Assembly (NCBI GenBank): GCA_036172245.1
Contig: JAYWIR010000010.1
Coordinates: 2,914,001-2,978,000 of the forward strand
DNA length: 64,000 nt
Reading direction: 5' to 3'
Origin: Raillietiella orientalis
Lineage: Eukaryota
Below the pieces are notes generated by a model that did no database searches, was not told where the DNA came from, and saw only the letters and a program-made list of their open reading frames with translations. The translations under genes were made by a program, and so were the position numbers. Positions 1 to 14,300 of this stretch are shown piece by piece. Positions within the stretch are counted from its first letter, which is position 1. Each line of letters starts with the position of its first letter.

Positions 1-2027
1 CAAATCTGTTAGAGGGGAAAGTGATCCGTATGGGGGTGCGCGTGCAAGGAGCACCCCTCCGATCAAACCCGGCTTCAGTTCATGCGCCGGGGCAAACCGC
101 TGACCCTCGCTTGTCGACTCTCGGTTGGCCTCTTCGGCGACCAGACTCGAAGGCACCGCTGCGTCGCTCGAATTCCTCCTCGCGCAGAGAAACTCCCCAG
201 CGACCTCCAGGATCGCGCGAAGCGAAAATTTATATGCAGAAAGAAAGCAAATCGAAGAAAGTAAGAAAAATGCTGTTTCGCTCCGAGTACAGCGAGTACG
301 GATTAAGAGCTCTGGTTTCAGATTTACGATGGCACTTAATGAAGAAGGCAAGACGGATGGACCAGAGCAAACGGGCGTGCGCTCGTATAATCCTCGCTAA
401 ACTACTGTTAATCAGATCGCCTCGATTCCTGAGGTTCTGTGACCAGTCTCCAGTGAAAGAATCGCCATCATTATTCAGTGATTTAGCAACACTTATTATC
501 TCTGAGAGTGGGCTCCCGACGATGTACCCCATGGCTGAAGTTTCGGGGGAGGGAGGGAAAGGGAGAAAAGCACGGGTGTTCGGCTCTCGGAAGGGATACA
601 AGCAAGCAAGCTCCAGAAATCGACCTACGATTGCGCAGAACTCCGCGGCGCCAGTTCGTAGGCGGATTTCACGCCCAGATGAAAGCAGGTGAGCATGAAA
701 CGGGAATTTTTCCTTGTTGCAGCCTCCCGCACACTAAGGTTCGTTTCCGAACATCCACTTCGAGGCCTGTCCAAGAGGTGAGGAGGAGAGGCACGAGGCT
801 GGCCCCTAGGCGGGGATGGCACGAAGAGAGCGAGTCAAGCAAAGGACTTTTGCTGCGAGGGTGGCGCGACGTCCTCCCCTCTCCTGCGCGCTCTTGGATC
901 GCACCATGCGAGCGACGAGGCTTGCGGCCATCTAGTGCCGCACCGAGCGAGCGCGGGGGATGTTCCTCGCATCCTCCCAAGAGCGCGCACTTCGTCCGCA
1001 TGGGCTCCGGCAGGCGGCGGCCTTGGGAGGCGCTGAGGATCGCCCTGGCGCTCACGGGTGAGCGACGGGACGCACTCTGGGAGAAGGGGACGCAGTGGCT
1101 ATCCGGATCTCGCTGATCCCAGAAGCTGGACAGCTCTGGGAAACGCTGGACCTTTCGCGGCTTTCTACAACGCTCTGAGCGCGTGGTTCTGCCATCCCCA
1201 GCTGGTGAATCCGAAGCGCCTGCCGGATCGACCAGCCGAGACGCTCGCCAGACGACCGAGAGCAGACCTGCCTAGTGGCCACCGGGAGACCACCACCGGC
1301 CTTCCGACCTGCACAACGCCGAGAGACACGAGGAGGGGAGCGTGGTGAAGGGCGAAAATCTGCTGCGACCGCGGACGGGCTGCGGGTTCGAGTTCCGGCC
1401 ATGCGGCAAAGTCCCCGCCTCACCCGTGGCTTAGCCTCGCGCACCGCGGAAACTTGAGCGAGCAGGTTTTGGCTCTGTATCGGAAAACCCTGCGGCGGAA
1501 ACAGGACTGTGGCTTTGAATACCGGAGGTGAGCGGAGAAAGTCCACGTCTCACCGGGAGAGAAACCGTATCTTTTTCAAGGGATCCCTCCGGAGGGTGTT
1601 TCCCATCTTCTGGACCCCTCCGACGATTCCTAGCGCAGCCCGGGGCAGGGAATCGCCAAAGTTCCTTTGCTTTCGATTCCGGAGAGGAAGCGCCTGGCTC
1701 CTTGCACCGCCTGCAGAGACACCGGTGCTAACTTGGAAAGGTGCTGACGAAAGCCGCCAGGTGCGTTAGGAAAAGTGACGGGAGGGAGCAATCCCCAGAG
1801 ACTCATCGGACAAAGCTGATGGGGCATGCTGTCCGGCGGCCTCTGGTGCTATCTCGGAGCTCTAGTCTCGAGGTCATACTCCGTGTCAGCGGCGGGGTTT
1901 TTTCCAACCCGACATAGCCTCGCTGCACAAGCGAGGCTCTCTTGCATTCAAGGAACTGTGATGCGATGGCAGAGCGCCCTCTCTCGGATGTACTGCCCGG
2001 ATGGGGAAGAAGGGGGATCTGACTTAC

Positions 2028-2327
2028 CTAGTCGTTTCTGGGCGACCCTGAAGGTGTTTGCGCGGAGCAAAGTCTTCTCGCTCTCGCCTTTCGAATTCCT
2101 AGAGTACAGCACAAACTGCAAGTCCTCGGTATTGAGGAAGTCGTGGAGGACGAAATCAGGGGTGTCCGATGTGACGTTGGTGACAAAGGCGTCGTCTTCT
2201 CCAGTTGAAAACATCTCCAGAACGAAGATTTGGGGCAACCCGCCGTCGAATCCTTTCTGGCACTGTATGTGGATGAAACTTTCCGTCATGTTGGTCACGC
2301 TGCAGTTTGTGAGCGCGTCCGGCTTTC
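2028..2327 (-). CDS. Side-family exon J: FN3 domain (GKPDALTNCSVTNMTESFIHIQCQKGFDGGLPQIFVLEMF...LYSRNSKGESEKTLLRANTFRVAQKRL-G)
   Basis: Acceptor tgatgctttcAG, donor AG|GTaagt. 300 nt, phase 1 to 1. GFDGGLPQ.F and Y..N.KG.S FN3 motifs. Lies within ORF 1948..2406. Confidence 0.95.
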
Positions 2328-5300
2328 CTGAAAGCATCACCAAGTCAGGGGCGGTCTGGCTATCGCTACCAACTGTGGGTTCAGGACCGCAATCATTCCT
2401 GAACACTTTTCAGGTGTGCTCAGGTGTGTTTCAAAACTGTGCGAACACTCTGCGAGGTGGTTTCCTGCTCCTGGCTCCCGAAGCTGCAATCAGGGGACCT
2501 CTCCCAGACAAGCAGCCCCTTCCGATTGACGTTTCTAAATTTGCGCAGCGGCCTCTCTTTCTGCCTTTTTTTTTTTTTTTTTTTTTTGCGGTTGCGAGGA
2601 AAAATCCGACAAATGTATTCTCGAAATTTGCCAAGACTGGTCAGAGATGGACAAACACAATTTTGAAAGTTAACGCGGGAAACTGGATGCTTTCCTTACA
2701 TCCTCCAGGACCGGTTCACGGAGGCCAGGAGCAACTGTATTCGAGACTTAGTAATCTTGTTTTTGCAAGATAACTGGGGGGGGGGAAGAAGGGAGACGGC
2801 ACAAATGCAACGCAGTCTTTTATGAGTGTGGACCCTCGTTAATAACGACACACATTCTTTCGTGCGTGCACGTCGTATCACACGCACTGCGGCAGACCGA
2901 GGAGATGAGCTGCAGTTGGATTCTTCCCAATTGCTTCGTTTCGTACTTTTGACTGCTGATCAGTTCACAAAGCGAGAGAAATTCCTGCCCGATTCCCGCT
3001 TGTTGTGTGTGCACCGACGAAGACACGAATCCTGCTGAAGAGAAAACGGGAAAGTTCGAATACGCACCATCCATCAGTTCGAGACTCTTCATTTTGATGC
3101 AGCTGCTAACTTACGGAGAATGGGGGCATCTTGAGCCTCTCGGAGGAGGTGGCTTTCCGGCTGCCCCCCTCCCTCCCCCAGGCACACAGAAGCCGAATCT
3201 TAGAATGTGAGCACAATTAAGAATGATTTAAGAAAAAAAAAAAATAATGCGCGAATTAAAAAAACGCACGTGGAAACAAGGTAAGGAAGGGAGAGAGGCT
3301 TTCTGGACCGATCGGTGGGGCTACGTGCTGGAAAGGGCTCGGCATCGTTTCTATTGCAGCCAGGAATTCCGTACTGCCGAGTCCCATTCCTTCCTGGAGC
3401 CACCGAAGCCTTCGCTCGCAGGTGGCTCTGCACAATCCCGCAGTCATAATTCGTGAGATGTTGGCAAGGAGACACCTCCGTCACATATGCGAGGAAACCA
3501 AAAGTCCTACCCAGGTACGAGAAAAGGGGGGGGGGGAAATCGGCCAGCCTACTTTAGATACTGGACCAAATGATGGAAGCACGAGCTCGAGAAACGTGCA
3601 AGTGAAGTTTGGTGGAAAATCTTCATTTACATGTGTGCCAACGTGCAAAGGGAACGCCAGAAGGAAACGGGAAGTAATATTTTCCCGTTCGGTTCCATCG
3701 CTTCATGCAGAAAGAAACCATTGGTCGGATTTCATTTTCCGTGGGTCTGCCACGGCCACAGCCACGGCAGCGCGAAGGCCGTGGGAGGAGCAGTGGCTGC
3801 AGAATTCCACCACCGGGGCCGAGCAAGGATCGAAGAGCACGGCAAACACTGCTTCGAGTACAATTGTACCGCCGTACGAAGGCAAGGATCCTCCATTCGA
3901 GGGTCCTGGCAATTCCTGAGCAACGGGAGGCCTCAGCTCCGTTGCGGGGGATGCCCGCGTTGCCTAAAGGCTACTCGGAACCGACAGACGAGGCGACTTC
4001 GCCTGCACGGGAGCTTTCTGGGCACGCGTGTGGTAAAACACGGTTTTGAGCCACCGGCGACCGCCGCCGAAAGCCTCACTCCCTGCTTTGCCCAGCTGGT
4101 CTTCCTGCAGAAGTCCATCTCCTTTCCTTGTCCTCGGCGGAGACCCACTCGTTTCGCCCCAGCGTGCTAGGGTCCCTGAACGTCCTTTCGCATCAAGAGG
4201 CAGAAGGAATGCCTCTCTGCTGGCTCCAGGGGAAAGAAAGAGCGGGGGCGATTTGCGCCATCGATTTGCCTTTTTGCGGAAGAGAGCGACCCCCACCAAA
4301 ATGTTTGACTCCTTCATCGGCTGCCTTATTTGAGAGGGAATTGATTACATGAATTATCCGTTTCGAAATTGAATGCGTCCAATTTTTCTGGTTGTGCTTT
4401 TGGATGTGGAAGAGATAATTCGGACGATTAATAGATCCCTAATTTTTCCTCTGCCTTCGAAACTGCGAGGAGCAAGCGTTTCCATGATTTGCATAATTGA
4501 TCGTCTCGCATGGTTTCCAATATCGCGCGCGTTCTCATGGACCCGGGTGCTAATCACGACGCAGCTCCTGCTCCCGGCCCAAGTGAGGTCGCAGTTGTTT
4601 TTCCGAGGTTTCGTAACGATTTCCCGAGGAGAGAGAGATGCATCAGCCCACTTGGACCGCGGGCGCTCCCGTTCGGGGGAGCTCCTCGCGCGCGGTTTCC
4701 ATTTTTAAGGACCCGGGAGGTCCAAGTTCACGATCCAGCGCGCCGCCGCGACCTATCCTTGGGCGGACTTCCCGTTCCCGTGCGCGTCCATCCGAAGATG
4801 CCAGGTTGCCTTGGAGAATTTCCGTGTGCTGCTTTGGACTTTAAATAATTGCGCGCCGCGTTGAATTATTGAGCAGCTCATGGCGTTTGTGTTTTGTTAT
4901 TCACAGTATTGATCCTCCGATAATGAAATGAGCCCGCGCTCCGCTTCGGAATGCGGAGAGGAATATCGTCCCGAGTCATAAATTCCTTCCATTTTTCATC
5001 TGCTATCGTAAATTAAAAGCATAGAAAATGCCTTGATGAACTTCTGGGAGGGAGACGTGCCGCTCGTCTTCGCTCGATTAGGAGGTGGCTCGCTGCTGCG
5101 CTCACGTAGCATGGCAACGACGGAGATACGTCTGGAACCTTGCGCTCTCGCCCGATACAAATAAGGTTTTCATCAAATCCGCCGCTCTTGTAGTCCAGCA
5201 CTCAGCCGTGCCCGAGCACTGCCATGGGAAATCCAAGCGTGGCACGCCATCTTCTCTTCGGAAAGACGACGTCCGGAAGCTTTCCTTTCTGACTTCTCGT

Positions 5301-8300
5301 GTTTTCGTTTCCAAAGATCGCACGACCCCTTTCTCGAGCCTTGAGCCACACAGAACAGCATGACAGCGGGGTTTGATCAATCCTCCGTCTGAGGAGAGAC
5401 TTCGCCTGCACATGCATCCCTTAAGCTCCGTCCTTTCCGCTTGCGCTCAGCTTCCGAGCAAACCTGTGTGCTCTCATGCTGCATCTCGTTTCCTGGAAGA
5501 GTGCGCTTTTCCTTCGTTGCTCACGTTTCCTCATCTCCTCATCTTCCATTGCGTACAGTGCTTGTTCAAGCGACTCTTCCAGGATCTGACACAGCTTCCT
5601 CAAAGAGTTGTCAGAGATCGCTTCTCGGAGTGAAGGGTGGAATCTCCGCTTGGATAGAGATCTACTGTGAAATTTCAGATGCTCTAGAGGGCACATCAAG
5701 AATCGGGAACATCAAGAAAGAGCCCAACTCGGGTGGTATGATCCACGTTTCCACTGCACCATGACCAAGGAAGAGAGGAACTGAATTTTTGCGAATCTTT
5801 CAGGGGCAAACTTCTGCAATACAGCTGAGGCTTTCCGATGGCCATCTTTAGCTGTTCGTCGCTTCGAGATGCCCACTGCTTATGCAGTCCGCTTTCTCCT
5901 CCGTGAGCTGCCTGGAGTCCCGCAGCCATGCTCGGACGCCGGTCGAGAGAACTGGCGCGCTGCCCATGACGTGCGGCTTTCTCTGAGAGCGATTTGCAGC
6001 ACGAAGACTCGACAGCGCCGGTGACAAGAATCGGACGCTGGAAATGCAGTGCTACGACAAGGAATTTGGGAAGATTCTGCAAGGAATCACGAGGGTGACT
6101 CCTAGAGCATCTCCACGAACCACGGCGTCTTGCAAACTCCTCACAGGTCGCACTCACTCCCCTCCTCCCTTTTGCCCTCTCGATTGAGAGTCACGCACTT
6201 GGGCTGCTCTTGTTTGGGTCGCATTTCTTGAGAAGCTGCTGACCAAAAGGCGAGTATCCCGCGCGACTCATTTCAAATGGTCTGCTGAGCTCAGTCCCTT
6301 CCCCAAAAGGACAATCGTTTGATCGGAACGGAGGTCAGCAGCGCGCTTGCAGCTTCTCAGATACGCGTGCTTTCCTTCTTCCTCAGTTCAAAACAGGGAT
6401 GACGGAGGGCATGGCTGCGCAGGGATAAAGGATTGGCACTTTCCAGAAGTAGCCCACGCGGAGATCAGCTTCTCTGTGGTTTGGCCCTGTGGGGACAATG
6501 CCACCAGCCAAGGCAGCCAGATGCAAGTAACTTCCAGAGGGTGCTCTTGCTGTACAGGAGCGGTGGGAACCTATGCATTGCTGCTTCCCACTTTCCGAGC
6601 TGTCTGAGTCTGAAATGCAGACCCAACTCCGGCTCAGACTATCTTACCAGCCTCCCTCTCTGAGCGTCCGCTGCCACGCGGAGCACTCACGCCGATAAGC
6701 AGAGCTCCTCTGTTTATCCGCTGTCTCCAGATCGAAATTTCATTACGGAAATGAGCATCTGCTCGACTGTGACCAGTTGCGCCCGCGCGAATATGCGGAC
6801 GTTTTTTTCGCATATTCGCGCGCCACTGGAACTGGAACGTTTTTTGTTCTTCTTCTTCTCGGGAGTGGAGCCGTTTCGGGCATCCAGCAGCGTAGACAGT
6901 CTCTTGGGCACGGAATGCCTATTTGTGTCTGCGCGCTCGGACCTACAGCTTCCCCTGCAAGGCTGCTGTGCCGGTGCATTCTGCATGGGGAATTCTACAC
7001 TTCTCAGAAGGCCCGCGAACGAAAAAAAGGAGTAGAGGGAAAAGCGGACAGCCGGACAAATTGAGCTATTGGCCTCAAGCTGCTGCCGTTTACCTCCCTT
7101 GGGAACCTGCATGCCACTTGCCGCGGACGACCGGCAGCATGCGCCCTGGGGCATGATCGAGTACGCACGGCAGACGGGAAAGGTGGCAAAGTGGCAACGA
7201 CTACGCAAACGCGGGAACGAAGGAGGAGAGAATCTTATCCTTGACACCAGTTCTGTTCTTACAAAGGAGGAAAGCTCGAAATCGTGAAGGAATGAGGGAT
7301 ACACGTGTGATCTTCCTTGGTCTCATAATTGATGTCACGTTCTGGTACAGCCCGCAATTATTAAAGAGTCAAATTCCTTTTCTACGCTGATGTATGGAAA
7401 TACCTTGCGGTTCGAACGCCCTGCCTGCCTAAGGGCACTTGCTGCGTATTGCTGGAGGTAACTATGTAACATTTTCTCCAGCAGTTCGTTTCCGCGGAAA
7501 CGACCTTATTCCAACGATCACCAGACAATCGCTGGTAATCAGTTAGCTTAATTGAAGCTCGGCAGGTACACTTAGCATGGAATATGGTAATTATTTAAAG
7601 CTCTGGACAGGAAGTCGAAGAGGCGAGTGCCTCTTGCACGTATGAGCGACTGACGGACAGGAAGCCCTCCCCAAAGCCCAGTTTCGGCGTCGAGATCACT
7701 GTTTGCTCACAAGCAACCTTGAGCCGTTGCGGACGGTTCTTTCGAAAAAAAAAAAAAAAAGGGAAAAAGAATTCCTCAGCCAGGAAGAGATTCCAAACTC
7801 TTCTGTTTACGCAAGCTGACCCGGAGGCTTGCAGCTGACGCGTTTGCCCTTTAAACTCTCGCGCCGCGCGCGAGCGCGTCTTCCCATTTTTTTCTCCTCC
7901 CTCCCCCCTTTCTCCTTGGAATCGTGAACCGAGAAATACCCTCTACGGAGCCAAATGTCTGTGACGATCTGGTAGATGATTCGCGTGAGGTGGGGGACTT
8001 ACTCGCCAGCTGCTCGAACGTCTTCGGGAAGGTGTTCCGCCTTTCTGAAGAAGCTCCTCTCACGTTCGGGTTCGAGAGAGAAGCCACGAAGACCCGAGGC
8101 TCCCGGTGGACGGAAGCCACGAGCATTTGGCAACGTCATCGCAGCGTGCGCCACTGCAACCTACACTGCTGCTGCTGCACCATCCCCCAGCGCGCCCGGC
8201 CAGGACTCTGTGAGCGCGGCGCTCAGGCTCCTTTCAGTCCTACGCGGTCGAGTGGGAGCCATGACGGAAGTGGACTCCAAGGTCTCCGTCCTCTCTACTA

Positions 8301-11300
8301 GGAGGCCCTGGCACTACGGAGACACGGACAGTCGGATCGGGGGGCGCGTGGGGGAATGGCCTCCTTGCTTTTCGGAGGCCACCACCATGTGGCTTTTTCT
8401 CATGCAAGATCCAGGGTCTCTTCTTTACGACTGTTATCAAAACACGATGCAAGGAGAAGTGCGAAAGACGAAACCACGCTCGCATCTCCGTCTGGTTATA
8501 CCTTGCGCCCATGCTTCACCGGACAAGCGTTTGTCAGGGAGATGCAGACATGCAAACAGCGGCAGCCGAAGAAACCGATGATTACCGTAAGGGCGCACCA
8601 TCGCAGGGAGACGGGAAACGTGGATATTACCGGAGTTCAAGGAACAACAGGAAAGGTGCACGCTTCGAAAATGGTTTGCAAGACAGGGAATTCCGATCCC
8701 AGAGGTCGAGGGATACCAGAGGAGCTCCCTCCCGCCTGCCCGCTCGTTCGGTGTTCAGTGAGGGCTCCTGGCGCGTGGGTGAATGCCCGCGCATCCCCGG
8801 AAACGCGTCTGCATCTTCGCGCGAGTGTTCGGAGCGCCTTCCCTCTTTCACGAGTGGCAACTTCAGCCCATCCGTAGGTTTATGCCTCGGAGACTCAAGG
8901 CGGAAGAGACGCTACCAATGGACCTCTTCTGCTCCTTGGCCGCATGGTTCTTCCGGTCCAACCAGCTGATCGTCGAGGATGGGGGATATTGGTGACGCGG
9001 GATGTCTCCAGTGCGCCCAGTGGAGCCGGAGAGATCCAGGATCGCTTCTGGGATCGCATGCATATTTCAGGGGGCTCACTGGAGAAGGGAACATTCGAGA
9101 AAGCGGATGGCGGCAAGTCGCGGTGAGGAAGGTCCCGGAAGAGGAGGCGGAGTGGAAGGGAAGGGGAGATGTGGGCGGCTCCCTCTTGCAGGAGTTCAGT
9201 TTCAGTCCTGCCACGGACACGAGGGGAGGAACGAGACGGGATGCTGCCTCCTCGCGTGCGCCCCGTCGGCCCCGTAGGAGTCCCGAGCCCTTCGCTTCCG
9301 TTTCCGGGAGCTAGCCCGAAAGGAACGCGCCGTACCCCCAGGCTCCCCTCTCGCCCCAAACGGCTGCACGGAGGAACAGCGGAGGAGGCGGACGGGAGTG
9401 TCCTCTCGGACATGGTCGGGGAACCAGGTGACCTTGGCGCACGCTTCTCGGGTGCCTCCACGCCGGGGAGCCCTCGAGAGCGTCCTCCTCCGCCATCTCA
9501 GTGAAGAGAGAACTCTCGCCCACGTGGCCTTACGTGCGCGAGAGCGATGAGTATCCATGGTTCTTGAAGCGGAGGCTGCGAGAAAATGGCATAGGAGGAA
9601 GGAAGGGAGGGAGAAGAAGGTGGCAGCTGAGCGCTCCTTCTGAGCGTGATAGGCGTCCCACCTAGGCACCCCGATTCCCGCCAGCGTGGACGCTGCGAAA
9701 GCCTAGATCTCGGAGTCTTCGGGAGCGGAAAAAGCCCCTCCCTTCGACCGCCGCTTCCCCGAGTCCTCGTGGTTCCCGCTGGCTAGACCCCGTCTTGCAC
9801 CCCTCGATGTCGCCACAAATCCTCCCCGGAGGACCCCGCTGGGAACCAAAGTAATCAGGTGCGTGATGAGGAGGACGGGAGCAGAAGGATGCTGGAGGGT
9901 GCAGGAGCCGTCAGGGAAGACGGCATTGCCGGCTTCGTCTTCAAGGCTCGAGGCGCACCCGCGTCCCAGGCGCGGGTTCGGTCGCTGGAGTAGGGTGTCC
10001 CGGCCTCTTTACGCTTGCGGGAGCTCCCTCTTCGCCCCTCAGATTCGCATCCTCTTGGCAGAGAGAGGGGGGGAGGCTACGAGGGTCTCCTGCCCTTTCG
10101 AGAGAGAGCGGAAGAACACGCCCCGCCTCGGCAGGGATGCAGAGTGGCTGCATCCCTGCGTGAAGGGAGGAGAGGGGAGCATCCGGAACACGTAGGAAGG
10201 ACGAGGTCCAACCTTCTTCCTGAAGACCCTCCCCGTATGCAGGACTCGGCGCTTTGCAGGATAGGGAACGTCTAATTCCCTCCTAGTCTAGGGGCAGGGG
10301 GAGCGTTGAAACACTCCCGATGGAGCCGCGTAGGCAAGTAGGAAGGGCAACGTCCGTGAGTGCCGCCCTTCCGAGGGATCGCCGACTTCCCGTAACCGGC
10401 TTCCGGGGGCACCGCAGCCGAAGAGGTCGGAAGATTCCCATTATCCCTCACTGTTCTCACCTGCCGGGATGATCCTGTAAAGGCAGGGGACTGCCTGTCT
10501 CCCCATCTCGTTGCTTGCCCAGCAGAGCAGGGTCCCGTAGTCCGCGTCGGTCACGGGAACGTAGCGCAGGACGCTTCTGGAGGAGTCGTCAGTGTGCCAA
10601 GAGTGGGCGATGTCTAGGACTTCTCCGCTGCTGTTGAAAGTCCACTGGAAGCTCGTCGCCGGGGGAACGGCGTCCACGGTGCACGTCACCTGCACCTCTT
10701 CCTTCCTGGCGACGCCGTATGTGAACTTCTGCCGGGCTCCGCAGGTGGGTGCAACTGGAAGAAGAACGTCTCAAGAGAAGGATGGGGCGAAGGGGGGGAG
10801 TAAGCAAGCGTGCGCGGATTATGAAGGACTGATTCCCAGTTCCAACTCGTCTCCACCTCTGGGCATCCAAACCGATGGAACCCCGCGCGCCACTGGAGCC
10901 TTGGATCAGCTACTACTCCCCCTCTCCTTTGGGAAGAAGCCTTGTCGAGGGCCTGGCTGGCACCTCAGAGTCCTGGGTACTCCTCCGATGAGGACCCTTG
11001 GTAGTGGGGATCTTTGTACACTCGGAGAGTCACCAGTTACAGATCGGCAATATCAGAGGATGGGTCAACGCAGGTGGCTGACCCTGTCCTCGATTCTCAA
11101 GAATGACTTCGCTCCGGGCTCGGTGTTTGCCGAGTCTCTGTCCCTTTCGTGCTCTTCTTCCCCACAACCGACAGGGGCTCTTCCCTTTCCCCTCCCAAGG
11201 ATCCTCCTTCGCGGTGTCGCAATCGGAATTCTCCATGGACACCGGAGAAAGGGTAGCAAGAAGGGAGGAGAGGGAAGCCACTCCCACTCCATGGGCGCTG

Positions 11301-14300
11301 CGGAAACCGCGGACTTCTTGCGAGGTTTCTCGAGACCTCCATGGAGTTCCGGAATCCGAGGATCTGCTGGAAATGGAGTAGGAGAAAAGGAGAAGTCGGG
11401 CCAAAGTCTCCCTTTTTCCTCGCTCTGCTTCTTTGTTCCCTTCCCGAACCGCGGTCGGATCAGGACCGCGCTGGGAGCGGTGCCGACCCACCAGTCAACA
11501 CCTCGCGAATGGCAAGTCGCTGGAGGAGGTCGTCCGCAACCCGCAAAAGATGCGATGGGCCTCGTCCGCCACCCTCGCTCCTGTGCTGCCCTTCCTGAGG
11601 GACGTAAGGGATCCCGGTAAGATGGGAAGGGAAGAAGAAACTTCTGGGTGCGTGGAGACAACTCGGGAAATAACGGATGCCGCGAACCCGCGTGTTCCAT
11701 CCTGAGGACTCCTACGCTGGGGAGAGCTGCTTGGCTTCTTCCGGAGGAGGTGAAGTGGCCCCCAACGTGCTAGAGAAGTAGCGCCCTCCCCCTCAAGCGG
11801 TAAGAGAACGCACGCTCAGCGGGTCCTGGCTGTTCCAGAGAACCGGCCTGCGTCCACCCCCTCTCTCCAGCCTGCAAGTGCGGCTCGCAGAAAAGGCGCA
11901 GCCTCACGCCACGGAGTCAGTTGGCTCTTCCTCGCGACCTGGATTTCCCGGACCCACTTACACTTCACTGTGAGCTCCAGCGCCTCGCTCTCCCCGTCTC
12001 CTTCCACGTTGGAAGCCACACAGGAGTAGAACCCGGCGGAGTTCTGGGACACCTTCTGCAGCACCAGGCTCAGGTTGCTCATAATGATGCCCGCGTTCCT
12101 GTTCTCCAGAATGTTCTGGTCCTGGAAACACAGATGATCCTCCTTGAAAGCTGACTTCGAAGGCGCTTCTCCCTCAGAAGGGAGCCACTCTTTCGAGAGA
12201 GTGATTTCGGGAAGGGCGAAGGACCCCATTCTGACTTCCAGAGGGGAGGGGGGAGCGGGAAAGGAGTTCCCCCTCAGCGGGAAATCGACCAACACTCCAC
12301 TTCCACCCTTTACTGCTCCTTTTGGACAGTGAACGGTGAGGGTGATCGCGGTTACTGGTCTCGCCACCAGAGAGGCATCTGCGAGCCGTTTGAAGAGGAC
12401 CGAAGTGCACGATAGACAGGGACCCACCCGCTTCCGAGTGCAATCTGGATGGTGGGGTTATCTTCTCATCACGTGCTTCTCATCCTCCAGAAACAGATAA
12501 TCTTCTTAGGTCATGAGGAACGAAGGAAGAGAGTGAGGATCATGGAAAGGAATGAGAAGGAGGAAGGGGAAAGGATGATGATAGAAAGGAGGAGGAGAGG
12601 GGGACGAAGAAGGGATGATGGCTGTAAATATAAAGGTAGCAGCAAGGATGAGAATGATGGTAAGGGTGAGAACGAAGATTAAGATGAGGAAGATGAAGTG
12701 TGAGGAGGAGGAGGGGGGAGTTAAGAAGCGGGCGCGAGACCAGGTAGGGAGCTCGCTCGACGCTGCCACATCCACTACTGCATCCGTCTTCGCTGATAGT
12801 GCAAGCGTCCCTCTCCCGCGACCCCGGAGAAAGAGAGCCAGAAGATCGTTTTGGTAAGCTCCTTTCGCTGGTGTACAGGAAAGGGCGGAAGTTAGCGACG
12901 CGCTCCGGAGAGGAGGGTCTTAGAAGAGACCATCATCACGCGAGATTTCCAGTTTCATCAGAAGCCTGCCCAGAAGTATCTGCAGCATGGGGGATCCGAA
13001 GGAATTCTTGCAGGTGCCTGGTAAAGCAGAGTGTTCTAAAGCACTCGGAGGGATCCGAAAAGGTGGAAACTGCTCGAGGTCCGTGGGAAGAACAGAGGGC
13101 AGCGAAGAAGTATGGTCAGAAGGTGCTGAGTCAGGGGCGCTCCCAGGTCTCTCCGAATCGGTGCCTCGAAGCGATCGCCACTGCAGCTCTAGGGTCGCTC
13201 GACAGTAGCTTCCTACTCTGAGGAAGAGGCCTTGAGAAACCGAGGTCTCCGCTGAAGTCGCCTCCCTCGAGGCGATGGGCGATCGCTCCCGACCGTAGTA
13301 GCCAGACAGACCGCATCCTGCTAGCTCCTCCGGCTCGGCAACTCTCCAACTTGATGCTCGGCCACTGCGACGCTGTTCGAGAGCCTCTGTTTCAACACCA
13401 TCACTGCCATCCTCCGGGATGGACCACTGCTCACATCTACGGGCACTGACCACCATCATCATCGGAAGTCGACATGGCGAGGATCTCGAAGGAGGGGAAA
13501 ATGTAGGGTGGAAAAAAGTAGCGCTATCTGCCTAAGCAAACCACAGCCTCTCGATTTAACGATGCGGTGAGGAGGGAGCTGAGGAGCACTCCCCCTCTCC
13601 CCCCAGTAGCGCTTTCACGACGCAGGTTTTGCCCCGTGTAGACGGCGCCATGAGTGGTCAGGATCCCATGGAAGCCGCAGGAGACAGGAAGCGGGGGGAT
13701 CTCCGTATCTGCACCATCCCTGAGACCCGTGTGGCATTGCAATGGTAGCGGCGTACCATACTGGACCCCTCGAACGATGACACTCCATGGCCACCGTCGA
13801 GGAACCGCGAGAAGCGAAAGGGGAGGAGCCTTTAGAGAGACTCCGTGCTAGGAATGGCACAGGATGAAAAGCCCCAGTTCCGGGACAAGAGGTCATCAGG
13901 AAGGGGGCACCTTCTGAGAGGCAACAGCGCGCGCGGGAGCCGCGAATCGTCTCCTGCTTCTAGGAGCTTTCGGAGATGAAGGCGGCGCCAAGCAACAGAG
14001 ATCCAGAGAGATTCTTCCGAACTCTCCCTTCGGTCACGGGGAGTTAAGTGGCCCACCGTTCCCTGTCCGCGATCCTCCGCGGTACCTTTCTCAGAGTTTT
14101 TATTTTTCCTGGAGCTGAAGGGAGCATCCGGGTGGGCCATTTCCGGGATGACTCGCCGCGACGTAGGATACAGGGATGGTCCCATTTCCTGAGGAGGCGA
14201 TTCCGGGACTGAGAGAAGGGAGAGGGAGAAGGAGGGCTCAGATAAAGAAGTGGCCGGACGAGAAGTCCATTAGGAGAGCAGAGGAGAGAAAAGGCCGGGA

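Noticed and set aside
21..692. 223-aa plus-strand ORF and other R/S/G-rich ORFs at 1-1800
   Set aside because: No recognisable domain. Such ORFs are expected in GC-rich non-coding DNA.
1340..1400. GGTTCGAG B-box-like word suggesting a tRNA or SINE (similar words near 7410, 33015 and 63543)
   Set aside because: No A-box at suitable spacing and no cloverleaf could be built.
1826..2773. 315-aa plus-strand ORF
   Set aside because: Antisense shadow of the FN3 exon running into a poly-T tract, with no recognisable domain.
10592..11620. 342-aa plus-strand ORF, the longest in the window
   Set aside because: Overlaps the Ig5 exon antisense and GC-rich intron. Low-complexity G/S/P/R composition and no motif.
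12506..12775. Minus-strand ORF with hydrophobic FIFLILIFVLTLTIILILAATFIF
   Set aside because: Translation artefact of the purine-rich low-complexity tract, inside the intron that splits Ig4.
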